DNA of 64,000 nucleotides from Toensbergia leucococca (Eukaryota): assembly GCA_022813965.1 (NCBI GenBank), contig JALDZS010000028.1:62001-126000 (forward strand). Direction: 5' to 3'. This document shows, piece after piece, positions 12,922-25,856 of the stretch (positions within the stretch are counted from its first letter, which is position 1; every line of letters begins with the position of its first letter). Position numbers and translations under genes: made by a program. The notes under the pieces were generated by a model, which was not told where the DNA came from, did no database searches, and saw only the letters and a list, made by a program, of their open reading frames with translations.

Positions 12922-14190
12922 GCTTGTTGTTGTCGAGTACACATTCACGAGTTGGAACGCTGGACGTTGCCGTTGGTTCAGTGTTCCCCTTTCGCGGCAA
13001 CGGCTCCCTCGACGCACACCCTCATCTACCATGGTCTACCTAGCTACTTCATCTTACCTTGCGTCCACCCTATTACTGTTCTATACTACTTCCTCGTCTC
13101 CCATCCCCACGACCACCAATACTCTGCCTCGCCCCTACGATCCAGATTCCGCTCCTTCCGTCCCCTTCATCTGATCTCTTCCTCTCCCTCAAAAGCGAAT
13201 CGTGTGCTCCTTGTATCGACTGACTTCGGTGTATGTCTACCGGTTGAGCTCGCTTGCTTCGAGGCTGGGTGGATGGTGAACTGATGAGGTGTCGGTTGAG
13301 CGGGCTGGCGATTTCCAGGGCTGTGTATTCTCTTTGGGAGCTTGGACGTCAATGCGAGTGGGAATCTCCCGGCTTTCCTGTGCGGCATGTGCTGTTTGCT
13401 TTGCGGGGGACATGCAGAGATGTTATGAAGGCGTTTGGAGCTTTTTGGCGCTTTGCGTGTATTGGTCTTCATCACTGGTGTATTGACTATTGTTCTGCGT
13501 GCTTGTGTTTCATGAGGCTTTTTGTGTCCACGGGTAGATTGAGCTGTGTTCTCTGGACGCTTGCTCTCTTACCGTAGTCTTTTTGTAACTAGCTGAGGGG
13601 ATAGAAATGGAATCTTTGATGAATGACATATGTGCATACAGTATACTTCTTTTCGATTTCTTAACTCTTTATGTATGATTCTTTCTGAGGTAATAATGAT
13701 GGGTGGGCGGTGATGACAATGTCTTGTTACCTACCTAACAGCATCATCCATCGCCCCCCCCCCGCCCCCCACCCCGGCTTGGAAATTGTCTAGGCAGTCA
13801 AGAAGATTGAGCAGATCCTTATCTTTCATATCAGAAACACTCAAGAGTTTTCATTGTCAAATTTCCTTTCTATTAATGCATTTCAGACGAGGGAAATGCA
13901 GTGGCTCACTTGGATCGAGAAAATAAATTATCGGGCAATCTGAATCGGAGAGTGAGGATAAAAACGCAATTCGGGATCCCGTGTCCCTTGGTGATGGCAG
14001 GTTGCTCTGTTGCACTGAGCTCGAAGATTTGCTCATGGTCTGATATTTCATTTCTTGGCACCCTTATACCAAAAAAGCACCCAGTTCAGAGACCTGCACA
14101 CCGGTCAAGAAAAAGTCCACAGCTGTGAACTTCTAAAGTTGAGAAGGCTCATCCATGTCAGGAAGAAAATCCCAGCTGGCCAAAAAAAAG

Positions 14191-14326
14191 AAAAAAAAAA
14201 AAGAGAAACGCAAAGCGAGCAGGACTCCGAACGCCCGGAAATGCGCAGATGCTGAGACTGAGAATGAGGCGCTTGCAGGGGCGATCAGAGGCCAAGCCGA
14301 GCGCAGAAAACCGGACTAAAAGCTCC
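14191..14326 (-). ncRNA. Candidate structured small RNA ending in a long T-run
   Basis: GC-rich ~125 nt segment with nested complementary blocks (GTCCGG/CCGGGC, TGCGC/GCGCA, GCTTG/CAAGC) followed by T12 on the minus strand. No convincing ORF. Confidence 0.35.
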
Positions 14327-15731
14327 TAAGTTTTTGTATGAGTAGGAAGGGTCGATTGAGATGGCGGCGGGAGGGCGGGGAAAAGGGGGATGGGTTTTGT
14401 GGAGTGGTTGATTTGAGTTGTGAGATATGGGAAACGGGAAACAGGAATGAGGATATTGGTAAAGCCCGCGGGGGGATAAAAGGGAGAGAGAAAGGGATAT
14501 GTGAGCTGAGTATGAGGTGTGCAGCTGAATCACTGACGATGGGGGTAATGAATATGTACAAGAAAAACGTAAAGATAGGAAAACTGGAACCACAACTTCT
14601 TGAATCAAAAATTAAAATGAAAAACTCCTCAACCAGGACAAATGTGAGAAAGTTATATTCTAAAGTACATCATATCATTACAACCCAATCAAGGTCCTGC
14701 CCTTCGGAATCTCGCGGCTTAGATACGGGGTACGTAATAAGTAGAACGAGATAGGCAGTATTATGCAACACTCGGAAGCGCTCAATCTATAGGCGATTAC
14801 AGGAAGCCAGATAGGAACTAAATTGATATTTGAAAAAAAGCCGGAGATCTGAAAGTCTTGGGATGAGAACAGTCACCGGCATCCAAAACAATGATCTCAG
14901 TACAGACGAACAAGTATAAGAAAGGAAGCCGTTCTACCTTGTATGAACGGCAGTGAAAGCCCTCGAAGTCGTGCAATGAGTCCTGCAATCCTCAGCCGGC
15001 CCCTCTGAAATCAACATCTGGATCCACCTCCCGCATCAGCAACAGCTAGATCAATGTACCTTTCAGATGAAAGTTAAGATCCGATATCAGAAAACTGTAT
15101 CTATTGTCAGGAGCCTAATGCAGCAGTATTCCAGGCATAGAAAATCACAGTCGGTGCGCTGAAAGCTAAGTAGACCCACAAGAACCCAGAGTGACGAATA
15201 GCGGACTAGCATTAGCATAGAGGTTTGCATCAAACGCTTAAGAAATTGAGGACTGCTCACCATCTGATAGCAAAATAACCATAGAGAAGCGGAAAAAGGC
15301 TTGCACATGTTGTCAATGAAGAGAAACTTTTTGAGAGAATTTCAAGCTGCCAAGGAGATAGTCTGGCGAGTCATCCACTCCAGTGACTCTATAGTGAATC
15401 CCCCATGTTGATATGAGAGCTTTGCCTCATTTCCTTTCCTGTTTGAGCTCTGGCTAAAAGCATCAGGATACTAGGGACTGCAGAAGGGCTTAACTATAGC
15501 AAAAGCGTGCTAGTTTCCATCTTTTTCTGGTCTTCTTGCGAGATTATGAGATCACCCAAGGGTGGCAACGATGTAGTAGGGTATTTACCGTTAGATGTAA
15601 ACAGCATGTGGTTCCCTGTGAAGATATCTACTTAAAGATATTAGATTGTGTCCATCTTGCACGTTTCGTGAATTCCTTACATATTGCGCTGCCAATTCCA
15701 TTTACCATCCTTCCACAGGAGACTCGGGACA

Positions 15732-16548
15732 ATGATCAAACATCTGTCCTCAGCCCCAGTTGCTCTCCTGCTTCTCCTCCTCATCATTGTTGGTTATCCG
15801 GCCCATGTCTCAGCAGATACATTGAGTGTAACATATTGCTTTTGTCGCACAAACAACACGGACTCTGCAGACACAGGTACTTTTATACGCTCGATTGATT
15901 ACCGCAATGATGACTTAAAAGCGGAGTACATATTCTATAACACCTACGAGGGGTAAGCTTGATATTCACCTTGTTCCCAGTGGATTCTCCTACCTCTACT
16001 AGTGTCTTCATCACCATGACGCCTTGACTGAACCTCAGATTAGACTCGGCTATGGGACTTATCATGGATTCGAGAGAGCGCGGCACTGCCACACTTTCGC
16101 AGATGAAAACGAGGTCTGCTGGAATCCACGAAATCACAGGAACCACTTCTCCTTCAATGGGCATCAGGAACGGATGCACAGGTCGCACAGAGCCGAAGAC
16201 GTGATACATCTTGACTGTACAGATACATGTCGGAATTGGTACACACCGGAGGCAGTTTCAGTCTGTAACGTCACGACACCCGGGAAACCTGGTGAAGTTC
16301 AGCAACCTTCGCATAGTTCTGGTAGGATTGGCAAGAATCTCAACTTTGGTAACAATTGTCAGACTATTTCCTGGCACAACTTACCATCTCCACTTCATCA
16401 CCATGGAATACATGATCATAATTACAGCAACCCTGATGCTCCATACACCACATTTTTGGAGCCAGATGTTCGTCTATGTATCGGACACATAGACCATCGG
16501 AATGGGGTGAAATATACAAGGTGCAAAAACAGGATAGAACCATGGTGA
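15732..16548 (+). CDS. Secreted cysteine-rich protein (paralog A)
   Basis: Signal peptide MIKHLSSAPVALLLLLLIIVGYPAHVSA, then DTLSVTYCFC, a phase-2 intron from 15953 to about 16042, and HCHTF..C..NHFSFN..DCTDTCR..VCNVT. Confidence 0.8.
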
Positions 16549-18263
16549 TATCGTGAAATGGACGAAGCGCAAAAGGGTGGCAAATCATCGCCAAAAGGAG
16601 CTAGCATGCGAGCCTTAAACACTCCTTACCTAGGTAGTTTTGCTCTTAGAAATTCGACACTTCTCCCACCTCTTAGAGCTCCCCAACTTGATTCGATCTT
16701 TGTTGCTTATTTGTAGTTTGTGAGGATTTTCATGTGTAAAGGGATGAATTAAAGCCAACTTGACGCTCTTGCGGTCACATGGGAGATCAAAGCCCTGTTT
16801 ACTGAGCTAGCATACCCTAGGGTTAACAAAGTATATGAAAATAGTGAGAGTCTTATCAGAGCGTAAATGAAACTTGATCCGCAACTCGAAATGTTCACTC
16901 ACACATGAGCCATGCTAAGAAAACTAGGCATGCATGGCGACCTGAAATTGGACGTTGGACAATCTTGCCACATTCCACTGGTCGTCTCCCAGTCTCTTCG
17001 ATTTCGCGAAGGCCGCCTAAGACGAGGCAAGGTTGATCCTGACTCCAAAGTCTTCGAGACACTTCCGATGTAAGAGAAGGGAAGCTTTTCGAGTCAAGCA
17101 AATGGAGTCCCGGGCTAATATAATCCGAAGCCCTTTTAGCAGAACGAGTCCGAGAGATCCTATGGCTTGATGCCTATTACCTATGGAGAGCCCAAGTAGC
17201 TTGAGAGTAACCGGACAAGTGTTCCAAGAGAGCCCTCAAAGACATATGAATTCTGGCTAGATGATTCCGCTCACCTGTCGAAATGTTCATCCAATATTCA
17301 TTTCAGTCAATACCTCTAATCACTGAGATACTCGAGTCCTTAATGCACTCTTGCTTAGCTACTAACTGCACAGATCATACATCCTAGTGTCGTTCCGAAT
17401 GCTTGAGATCCTCCACCTTCGCTCACCCTCAATCAACCCAGTATCAATCAAGGTTCGCAGCTACAGCCCACTTCAATAGTAGCGTCCTTCGCACAAGCCT
17501 GACCGCTGAATCGCAAGAAACTCGAATTTGACCGAACGCACAAGCTCTCAATACTCAAAGAAACCTCAAAATTGAAATGAGCTTGACCAAAGTAGAGTGG
17601 TGTTAAAAGGAGAAATTAGAGGCAAAAGTGCCCCATGTACAATGATAAAGACAATCAGTAAGAGACTGAGAGCATGAGCGGCATGATCACAAGCAAGAAT
17701 CCTCGATATACGTAAAGTGATGAGAAGGAAATGTGTAATTTGGAATAAGTAAATGTGAACAAAGATTCGCCATAACTGGTGCAACGAGTCACCACCAGGA
17801 ACTCTAGCATTTGCGTTGCCTCAGAAGCAAGACCCGGTATAATTAGAAAATCCTACTTAGGAGGCGAACGAATGAGGATAATTGCATGGACAAGATTGTT
17901 GAGAGAAGGATCCATAGCAGAGTAAAAATTTATGATTTCTGGACAGCAAAAGACTGTACAGCAGAATGTTGATGTCAAAACTCAGATTTCGCTGCTGAGG
18001 TCTTGGTAAAAACACTTCATGTCACATACCTGACCGCTATAATAAGTTTTAGATACGCTGCATGTGACTGAGTTGGCAAGGAACTATTCAAAGTCTCTGG
18101 ATTTTGTTGAGGATAGGTGTAGATCTAATAAGAATTAGTAGCGAGACTGAGATATAAAAGGACACTGAAATCCTTTATTCTGGTCTGTAGATACCTCCCT
18201 TCTTCTTCAATAATACAAACACTCACATATCAATCTATTCCTCTTCAGGATTCAAAGAAAATC

Positions 18264-18803
18264 ATGCCTTCAGTCAAATCATCACTCCTCTTATTGTTTC
18301 TCTTCTGCGCCCTCAGTCTAGCATCACCGATACCGTGGAAACCAATTCCGTTGTACCTAATCCCGCTACCAAAAATGGACTGCCCTACTTTTATGGACCT
18401 CCACCAGAATTACAAAGTTCGCCCATTTCCTGCCGTTAATGGATCCTACCCCATCGGTCGACCACACATGGAACCACCTCTGTATGGTTGCGATCCCTAT
18501 CTTAAGAAATGGGAAGCATGGTACGGGGCACAGAATAAGACGAACACAATGTCTGATCATTCCAATTCAGTGAAGGGTAGAGCTCTTTTGCTACCAATGA
18601 AGGACAAGATATCAAACCAGTCTCGCGAAGAAGACAAAGCAGTACGGTACCGTTCTGATAAGAATACGAGTGCTCCTTGGACGCCGGCATGGATGAGGGG
18701 GCCAGTAGTGACCTTTGACAGCCATCACCCAAAACCGACTATGACGATCGAGTTTTCGGATCCTCGACCTGCTTATCCAGTTCCCACGGAGCCGTCAGCC
18801 TGA
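18264..18803 (+). CDS. Small secreted Pro-rich protein of unknown function
   Basis: 179-aa intronless ORF with signal peptide MPSVKSSLLLLFLFCALSLA and an upstream TATAAAA near 18153. Confidence 0.65.
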   Translation: MPSVKSSLLLLFLFCALSLASPIPWKPIPLYLIPLPKMDCPTFMDLHQNYKVRPFPAVNGSYPIGRPHMEPPLYGCDPYLKKWEAWYGAQNKTNTMSDHSNSVKGRALLLPMKDKISNQSREEDKAVRYRSDKNTSAPWTPAWMRGPVVTFDSHHPKPTMTIEFSDPRPAYPVPTEPSA

Positions 18804-19998
18804 GTAGAAAGGCAGTCAAATCCTCAGAGACGACATTCTTAAACGACCACCCAGATCTCTCCTTTGCTGAATAGGAAAGACCTTTTTGCATGTTTCAATG
18901 GTGCTAAAGTGGGAAGGGGCGTGTGGATTGGCATTGTCAGACTTCATCAAAAGTTGTCGCTGCTGTTGTTTCGGTATCATAGACTTGACAATTTTCCGAA
19001 AAGGTGGTTTGGAGATGGCAATCGTGCTCGGTAGAAAGTGGAAAGGGGGGGTTTCATAGAGTAATGGGCCCAATAGGGCAGTACACAATACAATAGGATT
19101 CAAAAATGGTTCTAGATTCTCGTCCCCTCAGACAGCTGCCAGTGTCTTTGATGCTTTTCGGTAGGGATTTTTCCTGTTGTATAGATGCTAAGGCTCTGTG
19201 ACGATGCTTTGTAAAGTCCCCCATATTAGCCTAAGTCTAGCTCTACCTCGTTTGCATCTCATTACGCGATGATCGATGTCTATGTCAGGTACAGATGTTG
19301 GAGGCAGTGTATTACAGAACAAAAGTAAGACGTGTAGGAGTGGTGGTGGAAATAAGGTTAGTCTCGTGTAAATAGGCTGAGCGCCAAGTGTTCTTAACCC
19401 TAAGGTACCTTAATCCCTAGTGCATTTACCCTAATCTCTAATCTCTCCTCGATTAAATCGCCACCACACGAGATCTTCGATGTCTATCCACGTCAACATT
19501 GCTTGAGGTAATCTGATAATTTGGTGTGAGCTGCTAATCCAAGTGAGTTCAAGAGGAAGACACGGCAGATCCGAGGGCATTATCATAGCCACAATCAGAC
19601 TCTCCTACTGGGCGCCATAGCAGCCTGGAACTTACCTGCTCCCCCTGTATCGGTTTGCATTCTAAGCCCTGTGATCCCTCAATTTCCGTCCCATCGACCA
19701 TATCTGGTCCTCAAGCTTCTTAAGGTGTCATTGTATCAACTGTGAATCTTCGTCCATTGCACTTTCTTCATGCATTTACTCAATGACCCTTTGTTGATGA
19801 CTCAAGCTTTGCTACAAGATTTCATCACTCGTTCTTTGCGCTTTGGGTCATTTCCATTATTGTACCTTTCTATCCTGCACAATGTCACTTATAATAAGGT
19901 GCAAAGCCAAGGTCACCTTTGTTTATCCCACAACGTTTGTGGTCAAATTCATCAATCCTCTCATCCCACCTTCACAGTCTTTATAGTGCATATCTACC

Positions 19999-21561
19999 AT
20001 GTCAGCCCCCACGAATCTTTCATCCGCTTCAGATACAAGCTCGCATAATCCTCTAACATTACTAGAGCTTCCAGTCGAGCTACTGAAAGCAATCTTCGCC
20101 TTACTCCCAAACCGCCATCTTAAGAACGTCCGCTTGACATGTTATCGGCTCTATGATAATGCCGTTCTCCGTCTTGACCGAGTTTTTATCTCGCCCTGCA
20201 GGAAGAACATCGACGTCTGTCGTGCGATTGCAAGCCATTCCAGCTTCCGCCTCCAGGTCACCGAGATCATTTGGGACTACTTTCGCTTTGAGAGATATTT
20301 GCCGCGTATCGAGAAGGTGGGAATCTATTACGGTGACGTCGCAGACGGAAAATGCTTTCGCGAATACGACAATGCCTGTATCGAGAACGAACTGCAATTT
20401 GCTGGGGATGAAGACCGCCTGGCTCGCTACGCCGAGCTGTATGCAAATGTCGATAAGGACAACTTGATGAGCGTGGAGGAGAGCTTCGAGCTCTATAGAA
20501 GATTATACGACGACCAGCAGTACTTTATCGGGAGTGGAGAAGACGTCGCGATGTTTCAATCCTGCCTGACTGCTTTCCCAGCCCTCCAGCGTGTCACGGT
20601 CACCAGCGAGGCCTATAGACCTCCGTATCTATGTTCCCACTTTGGGACCCCATTGATCCGTTCCTTTCCACCGGGCTTCAGTATGCCACTTCCCTGGCCC
20701 TGGCTATTTACCCGCGACCTGTCTCCCTTCCCACCGTCACTGAACAACGTATATCAAAGATATCGTTGCTATGAAATTGTCATTTCAGAGCTACTCAACC
20801 ACTCCGCTACCACACACGTCTCGGAGCTCATCATAGACGTGAATTACGAACCGACAGAGATCTCGCATGAATTCTTCTCCCGCAGTCCTCTCTACTTTTT
20901 GACCACCCAGCTTTTCAAGACAGGCATCCTCCGGCGTTTCGATCTTGCTATTAATGTTTGCGGCACCGCCGAGCACAACGACTGGTTCTGCTTCGGCGGC
21001 AATTTGCTCCATAATGCTCTCCGGTACTTGTCTCCCCGCCTCGAGCACTTCTCCCTCCACACATGCGACACGCGGAAAAAATCTTCTCTCTCTACAGCAG
21101 ATGAACGGTTTCCAAAGCTTCTAAGTATCATTCCAATCCCTTCTTGGCCTTCTTTACGCTCCTTGACTCTCTCTTACCTCCCCACTACTATCTCCTCTCT
21201 CGTGTCTCTCCTCGCAGTCCTTCGTCCCACCACGAAATACCTCACGTTCGACACCCTCAAACTCCTCGACTCAACATGGCATTCTGTCCTCGAGAGATTC
21301 AAATCGGATCTCGCATGGAAACGTAATCACCCCACCGTAACCATCAGCATAGAAACCGAGCAACCGAACAGAAATCACGTTCTCCGCGACGAGGTTGGCG
21401 ATTTCTTGGAAGGGTGTCGCCCAAATCCCTTTGTGGCTGCTGCTGGCAAGAGCGTGGTCAAATTGGGCTTTGGGCGCATCAGAGACGATTTTGATGACGA
21501 TGTTGATGAACGGCATGAACAGGCATGGACTTGGGCGGCTAGTCATACTGGCAGAGGCTAA
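19999..21561 (+). CDS. F-box domain protein with degenerate LRR-like C-terminus
   Basis: 520-aa ORF with F-box LLELPVELLKAIFALLPNRHLKNVRLTC and LxxLxL repeats (LRRFDL, LEHFSL, LRSLTL). Confidence 0.85.
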   Translation: MSAPTNLSSASDTSSHNPLTLLELPVELLKAIFALLPNRHLKNVRLTCYRLYDNAVLRLDRVFISPCRKNIDVCRAIASHSSFRLQVTEIIWDYFRFERYLPRIEKVGIYYGDVADGKCFREYDNACIENELQFAGDEDRLARYAELYANVDKDNLMSVEESFELYRRLYDDQQYFIGSGEDVAMFQSCLTAFPALQRVTVTSEAYRPPYLCSHFGTPLIRSFPPGFSMPLPWPWLFTRDLSPFPPSLNNVYQRYRCYEIVISELLNHSATTHVSELIIDVNYEPTEISHEFFSRSPLYFLTTQLFKTGILRRFDLAINVCGTAEHNDWFCFGGNLLHNALRYLSPRLEHFSLHTCDTRKKSSLSTADERFPKLLSIIPIPSWPSLRSLTLSYLPTTISSLVSLLAVLRPTTKYLTFDTLKLLDSTWHSVLERFKSDLAWKRNHPTVTISIETEQPNRNHVLRDEVGDFLEGCRPNPFVAAAGKSVVKLGFGRIRDDFDDDVDERHEQAWTWAASHTGRG

Positions 21562-23154
21562 GACGGGACTTCGTAGAGGGGGAAAAGCGGATAAGGTGGG
21601 CACTTGTCTACGTGCGTATTATTGGACATTGGCTAGAGTTTTCTGCTAGAGTTACACTGTGCATTAGGTATCCATTTTTGTCGCAGCGGAGACTCGTTAG
21701 ACTTTGTATTTGTTTTTTTGGTATCAAGTAACTCCTTTCTGGCGCATCGGAAATTATTGCGCTTTATTCTTATTAGGGTTTAGAAAGGGAATTCCTTTGA
21801 TTGTAGAATAGATGACATGAAAGTATTCTCCTTGAGTTTCTTTTTATTTTCACTGACCGTGAGTGATAAGATGGCTGGCTCAGGAGCTAGTAATAAGCGG
21901 ATATATAGGTTTCCTATCTGGTTATCACTGACTCAAGAAATTCATAACTCTACCTTTGAGAACACAGCCCTCTAAGACCTATACAGCATCAAGATTGCAT
22001 CAAACACTTCTCTACAACAATATTCTCAAATATTTCCCTCACATCAACTTCTCTCATTCCTTTCTCAGCCTCCCGCTTAAGCTATTTTTCCTATTTCTAA
22101 GAACATGGAAGTTTTTTGTGAAGATCCTCACTGAAGTAAGGGGCTGGTAGAGAGTGAAAGACGGATGTAAAAGTGCGTGTATATGTGGATTGGGAAATGA
22201 GATATCAAAATTGGGAACGAGGGGATAGGGGATAGGGGAAGAAGATAGGGGAGATGGGAGATGAAGGGTTGCTGAAGAGAGGAAAAGAGGTTGAGACTTG
22301 AGAGAATAGAGGAATGAGAGATAAGGGAAGAGGGTGGTTTGGTAGGGTGATGGTTTGAAGCTTAGGGAGGGGGGAGGGTGCTTTTGTCAGGGGGATTTTC
22401 GGTTCGTGAGTCTGTTGTGGGAGAGGATCTATACTTGCACCACCCCTTTCCAGTACGAACCATCTCCATTTCTCAAATTCACTCAAAGCGCGAACAACCA
22501 ACACCTCTCTTTTTCACCTGCCTCTAACACGAACCCTCTCCATCCTCAACCCCCCCAATCCCTCTCACACCTTTCTTTTTTTTTTCTCTTCCTCAATCAC
22601 CACTCCCCTTAAGCGCCTCCTCAAGCCAACCCCACCTCACCAATCCACCCAAAAAATATCTCGCACCAGATCTCCAGTCCTCAGCTGCGATGATGACCAT
22701 CTCTTCCGCTTTACCAGGCACCACCACAGCTCGAGTCCCACGTCCTCACTCTATCTGCTGTCCGCTATGTCAACTTGTCAAGAGTGAGGCAATACAATAA
22801 GGTGATGGCAGAGGTTGTAGAGGGCAAAGGTTTGAAGCAGTGGCGGGGGTAAATAGGGAGCTGCAGTCTATCTTGGTACTGAGCTGAGAAGTATTTGAAA
22901 GAAGAACAATTGGGGAATCGAAGGAATAGTGAATCTTGGATTGGGGGGGTTTTTTTGGGACCGGGGGGGGTTTTTCCCTGGTTCCACTTTTCGAATCTAA
23001 GAAATATATATGCTTTGAAGATTTGCTCGGGTCTCACCACATGAATCTCCCCCCCAAAAAATAGAAAGGGCCAATTCCACCACCTCTCTACAGAAAACCA
23101 CAAAAACAACCACAATTCTCAAAACCCAGAAAGGAAACCAAGGAAAAACAAAAA

Positions 23155-23273
23155 ACATACAACAGCTGGGATTCGCTGGTCGTCACCGACCCAACTACTA
23201 ATCAGCCGATCTGAGTCTTGTGTATGGCAGAGCGGACGGGATGCCCAATATTCCTCAGTCTGTGGTCGTATGT
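23155..23273 (-). rRNA. 5S rRNA (dispersed copy)
   Basis: 119 nt ACATACGACCA..CATCCCGTCCGCTCTGCC..TTAGTAGTTGGGTCGGTGACGACCAGCGAATCCCAGCTGTTGTATGT, followed by a T-run and preceded by an AT-rich TATA-like element at 23289-23299. Confidence 0.97.
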
Positions 23274-24319
23274 GGAATGATGGTCGCTATTTTTAAATAG
23301 ATTAGTAGGTTTACGGTTGCTTTGTGAGGATTTCTACCTCAAATGTGGTTGGCTGAGTGGAGAGGTGGGTGGGAGATGGGATGGTTGGTGGTAGGGGTTG
23401 GAGGAAGATGGGGGAATGGGGATTGGGTTAGGGTTGGGGTGGGATGAGGGGGAGTGGGGGCGTTGTTTATGCACGTTATTGAGCTTGGGCTTGGACTGTT
23501 CCAATTGGTAGATCTGTAATGATTGGAGAAACATGCCGTGCATGGAGGTAGTGATGGAATAAATGTTCGTGTTTCTATGGAGATTTTGAAAAGGACATAC
23601 TGCAGGCGTTCCTGAATCCAGAAGAGAAAAGACTTGAACATAACGCATGAGAATATATATCTTCTTGCAGCAAATCTCCTGCCAGCTCCAGCCAGTGTAT
23701 GAACAATTTCTCTCCTTGCAAATATGCAGATACGGCCGAAGTCGATGCTTGAGTCGACTGAGAGACAGTGTCGACGGTTGAGACATGTCGGGCAGTGAAG
23801 GTTGGAATATGTGAATAAGGGGCATTTCGTTGGGATCGTTTGCGTTCAGGGGCTAGTCAATGATCTCGTATGTGGAGCGACGAGATGGGCTGAGAAGTTG
23901 GACTTTTGATGGTCTGAATGTTGTGTTCATCTTGGCTTTGGGGTGGAATTGGATGTTGCCCGAGGTAACGAGGAGCAGACTGGTAGTCAGATCTCGTAGA
24001 TTCGTTAATGTACCATCTCTTGAAGCACTAAAAGCCTTGCTGGTGACATGTTTGGGAATAGAAGATCTTAAGGACGAGATGCTCCTGAGCGTTGCAGAGA
24101 CATTCCGGTAAGGATTTTCGCTAGATTCACGGCCGTGGAAAGTATGAGCGAGAGGCATTCGTCGGCGATTCATTCATTCGGTTATCAAGCCGTGTCTAGA
24201 TCGCTAGGTTTCTGCTGGATTCGCAATGGATAGGTATTCCGTTCGAAAAAAAATCGGTCCGAGGTGATGAAATCCACACAGAAGACTCAAACAGATTCTT
24301 ATGCGAGAGGAAGTCGATC

Positions 24320-24604
24320 TTATGAACGACGCTCTCTTGAACGCGTACCAAGAAAATTAGTCCCATCTAGGGAGCTGGTGGGAGAGAAAGAGCCCGGGGA
24401 GGCATCGTTAGAGCTGATCAGTTCAGTGCCATACACAGTTGAGACTGTAGCAGGCTTCCTCGGACAGGTGCAGGCACATCGTAAGGGCCTGGTCCGGAAC
24501 TGACGCTGATATTTCTCGCAAAGATAGAGAACGCCGACGGAACAGGGAAGCCAGATTGGAACTGTATGGCCGCAGGTGTAGGTAGCAAAGATTTCGACAC
24601 ACAT
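24320..24604 (-). CDS. Small Cys-rich protein with MCxxxxxxYxCGH N-terminus (may have further 3' exons toward ~23.5 kb)
   Basis: MCVEIFATYTCGHTVPIWLPC..C..CACTC matches a recurrent small fungal putative Zn-binding pattern. Confidence 0.45.
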   Translation of the reverse strand: MCVEIFATYTCGHTVPIWLPCSVGVLYLCEKYQRQFRTRPLRCACTCPRKPATVSTVYGTELISSNDASPGSFSPTSSLDGTNFLGTRSRERRS

Positions 24605-25856
24605 TGCGGAAACAGGGATAGAACGAGAGTAGAGTGATGATAGGCGATGGTGGAAATGGTATTTGGCCTTAATAACTGAGAAGCTTGATGGACAGAGAGG
24701 ATTGAATAGAGACATGTTGTCTTATACAATGACAGTACAAGATATCACAACGGAAAGATTCAAGAGCATTGATCGATGCCGGCAGTTGAGAGAGGGAGGA
24801 GTTTCCCATTCGAGCAGACTAAGGCCAAGAAGCTTACGAGGACATATTGAAAAAAGGAGAGGTAGAGAGACAACGATACAGCCACAGAGAGGCTCTCGGG
24901 TGTAGGCATTGAGTTTAGTGGATGTGGCTCACCATGTCTCAGTCATCCATGAGTGCATCGATAGTGGTGATTACGTTGCCCTGCAGTCATCTTCACCGTT
25001 GCTGCTGGCTGTGTGAGGGTGAGAGTAACGGACACGACGTGTGACTTGTCAATATCACTCATATGGATTTAGGGCAACTAACGTCGGCTAAGGAGGAGGG
25101 AGTCTCAGCGGCGGGAACCGAGATTTAAGCTTGTGGCGGTGTACATTAGGGCTATCCTAGCGGCTAGACTGCTGTGTCGGCAACCAACGACTCAGCTCTG
25201 CAGGGTAGGTAGCATTGGATGCGCTACAACGCAGACACTAAATGAGCTTGTTTAATAGACCTGTTCTGGGCCTGGCGGAAATTGGCTAGGACATTCATTG
25301 GACCTGAGCTGTGGCGCATAACCTCACCAGACCATTTGATGGACTTTCCTCTTTGGTGAAATTATACTAGAAACGAATAGTCGTGGCGCAGTCATATTCA
25401 GACACTCTCGAGCCTCTGCTTCAATTGTCTCTTCAGCTGCAATGGACATGATGTCATGTTGTATTGGCGGGAAATTGCATGATGGCTCTGATCACACGAT
25501 GTTGACTGCATTGTTGTGCATATATATCTGTCGATCAGTCCAGCAGTTACCAGGAATGCGGCATATCCCCCTCTTCTCATTTGTTCAACATTGCTATTGA
25601 TCTCTGCGATCGATTTTCACACCCGTTTCTCGATCGGCTTTTGACCCTTAATCTGACTAGGGTCTCCGTTTCTTTCCACACTGCGGGAAACATAATCGCC
25701 AACCGAAAACCTTAATCGCGGTAAATAGAGGCCGTCATTTTACCTGTTTTCTTCTAGAACTACAACACCTCATTCACCTCATTCCTCCCTCGTCTTCCTT
25801 TCAACATTGTTTAATCCATACCGCTTCGTGCTCTTCGTGAGCATTCAGCAGTCAAT

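Noticed and set aside
15953..16042. Apparent frameshift in secreted paralog A
   Set aside because: The downstream ATTAG acceptor restores the frame and matches the intron position of paralog B.
19393..19447. Telomere-like TAACCC/TACCCTAA words
   Set aside because: Only two or three degenerate, non-tandem units, which is too little to call an interstitial telomere.
23334..24173. Minus-strand ORFs of 100-163 aa beside the 5S gene
   Set aside because: No recognisable domain and partly driven by compositional skew; they may be exons of the 24604 gene but I cannot support that.
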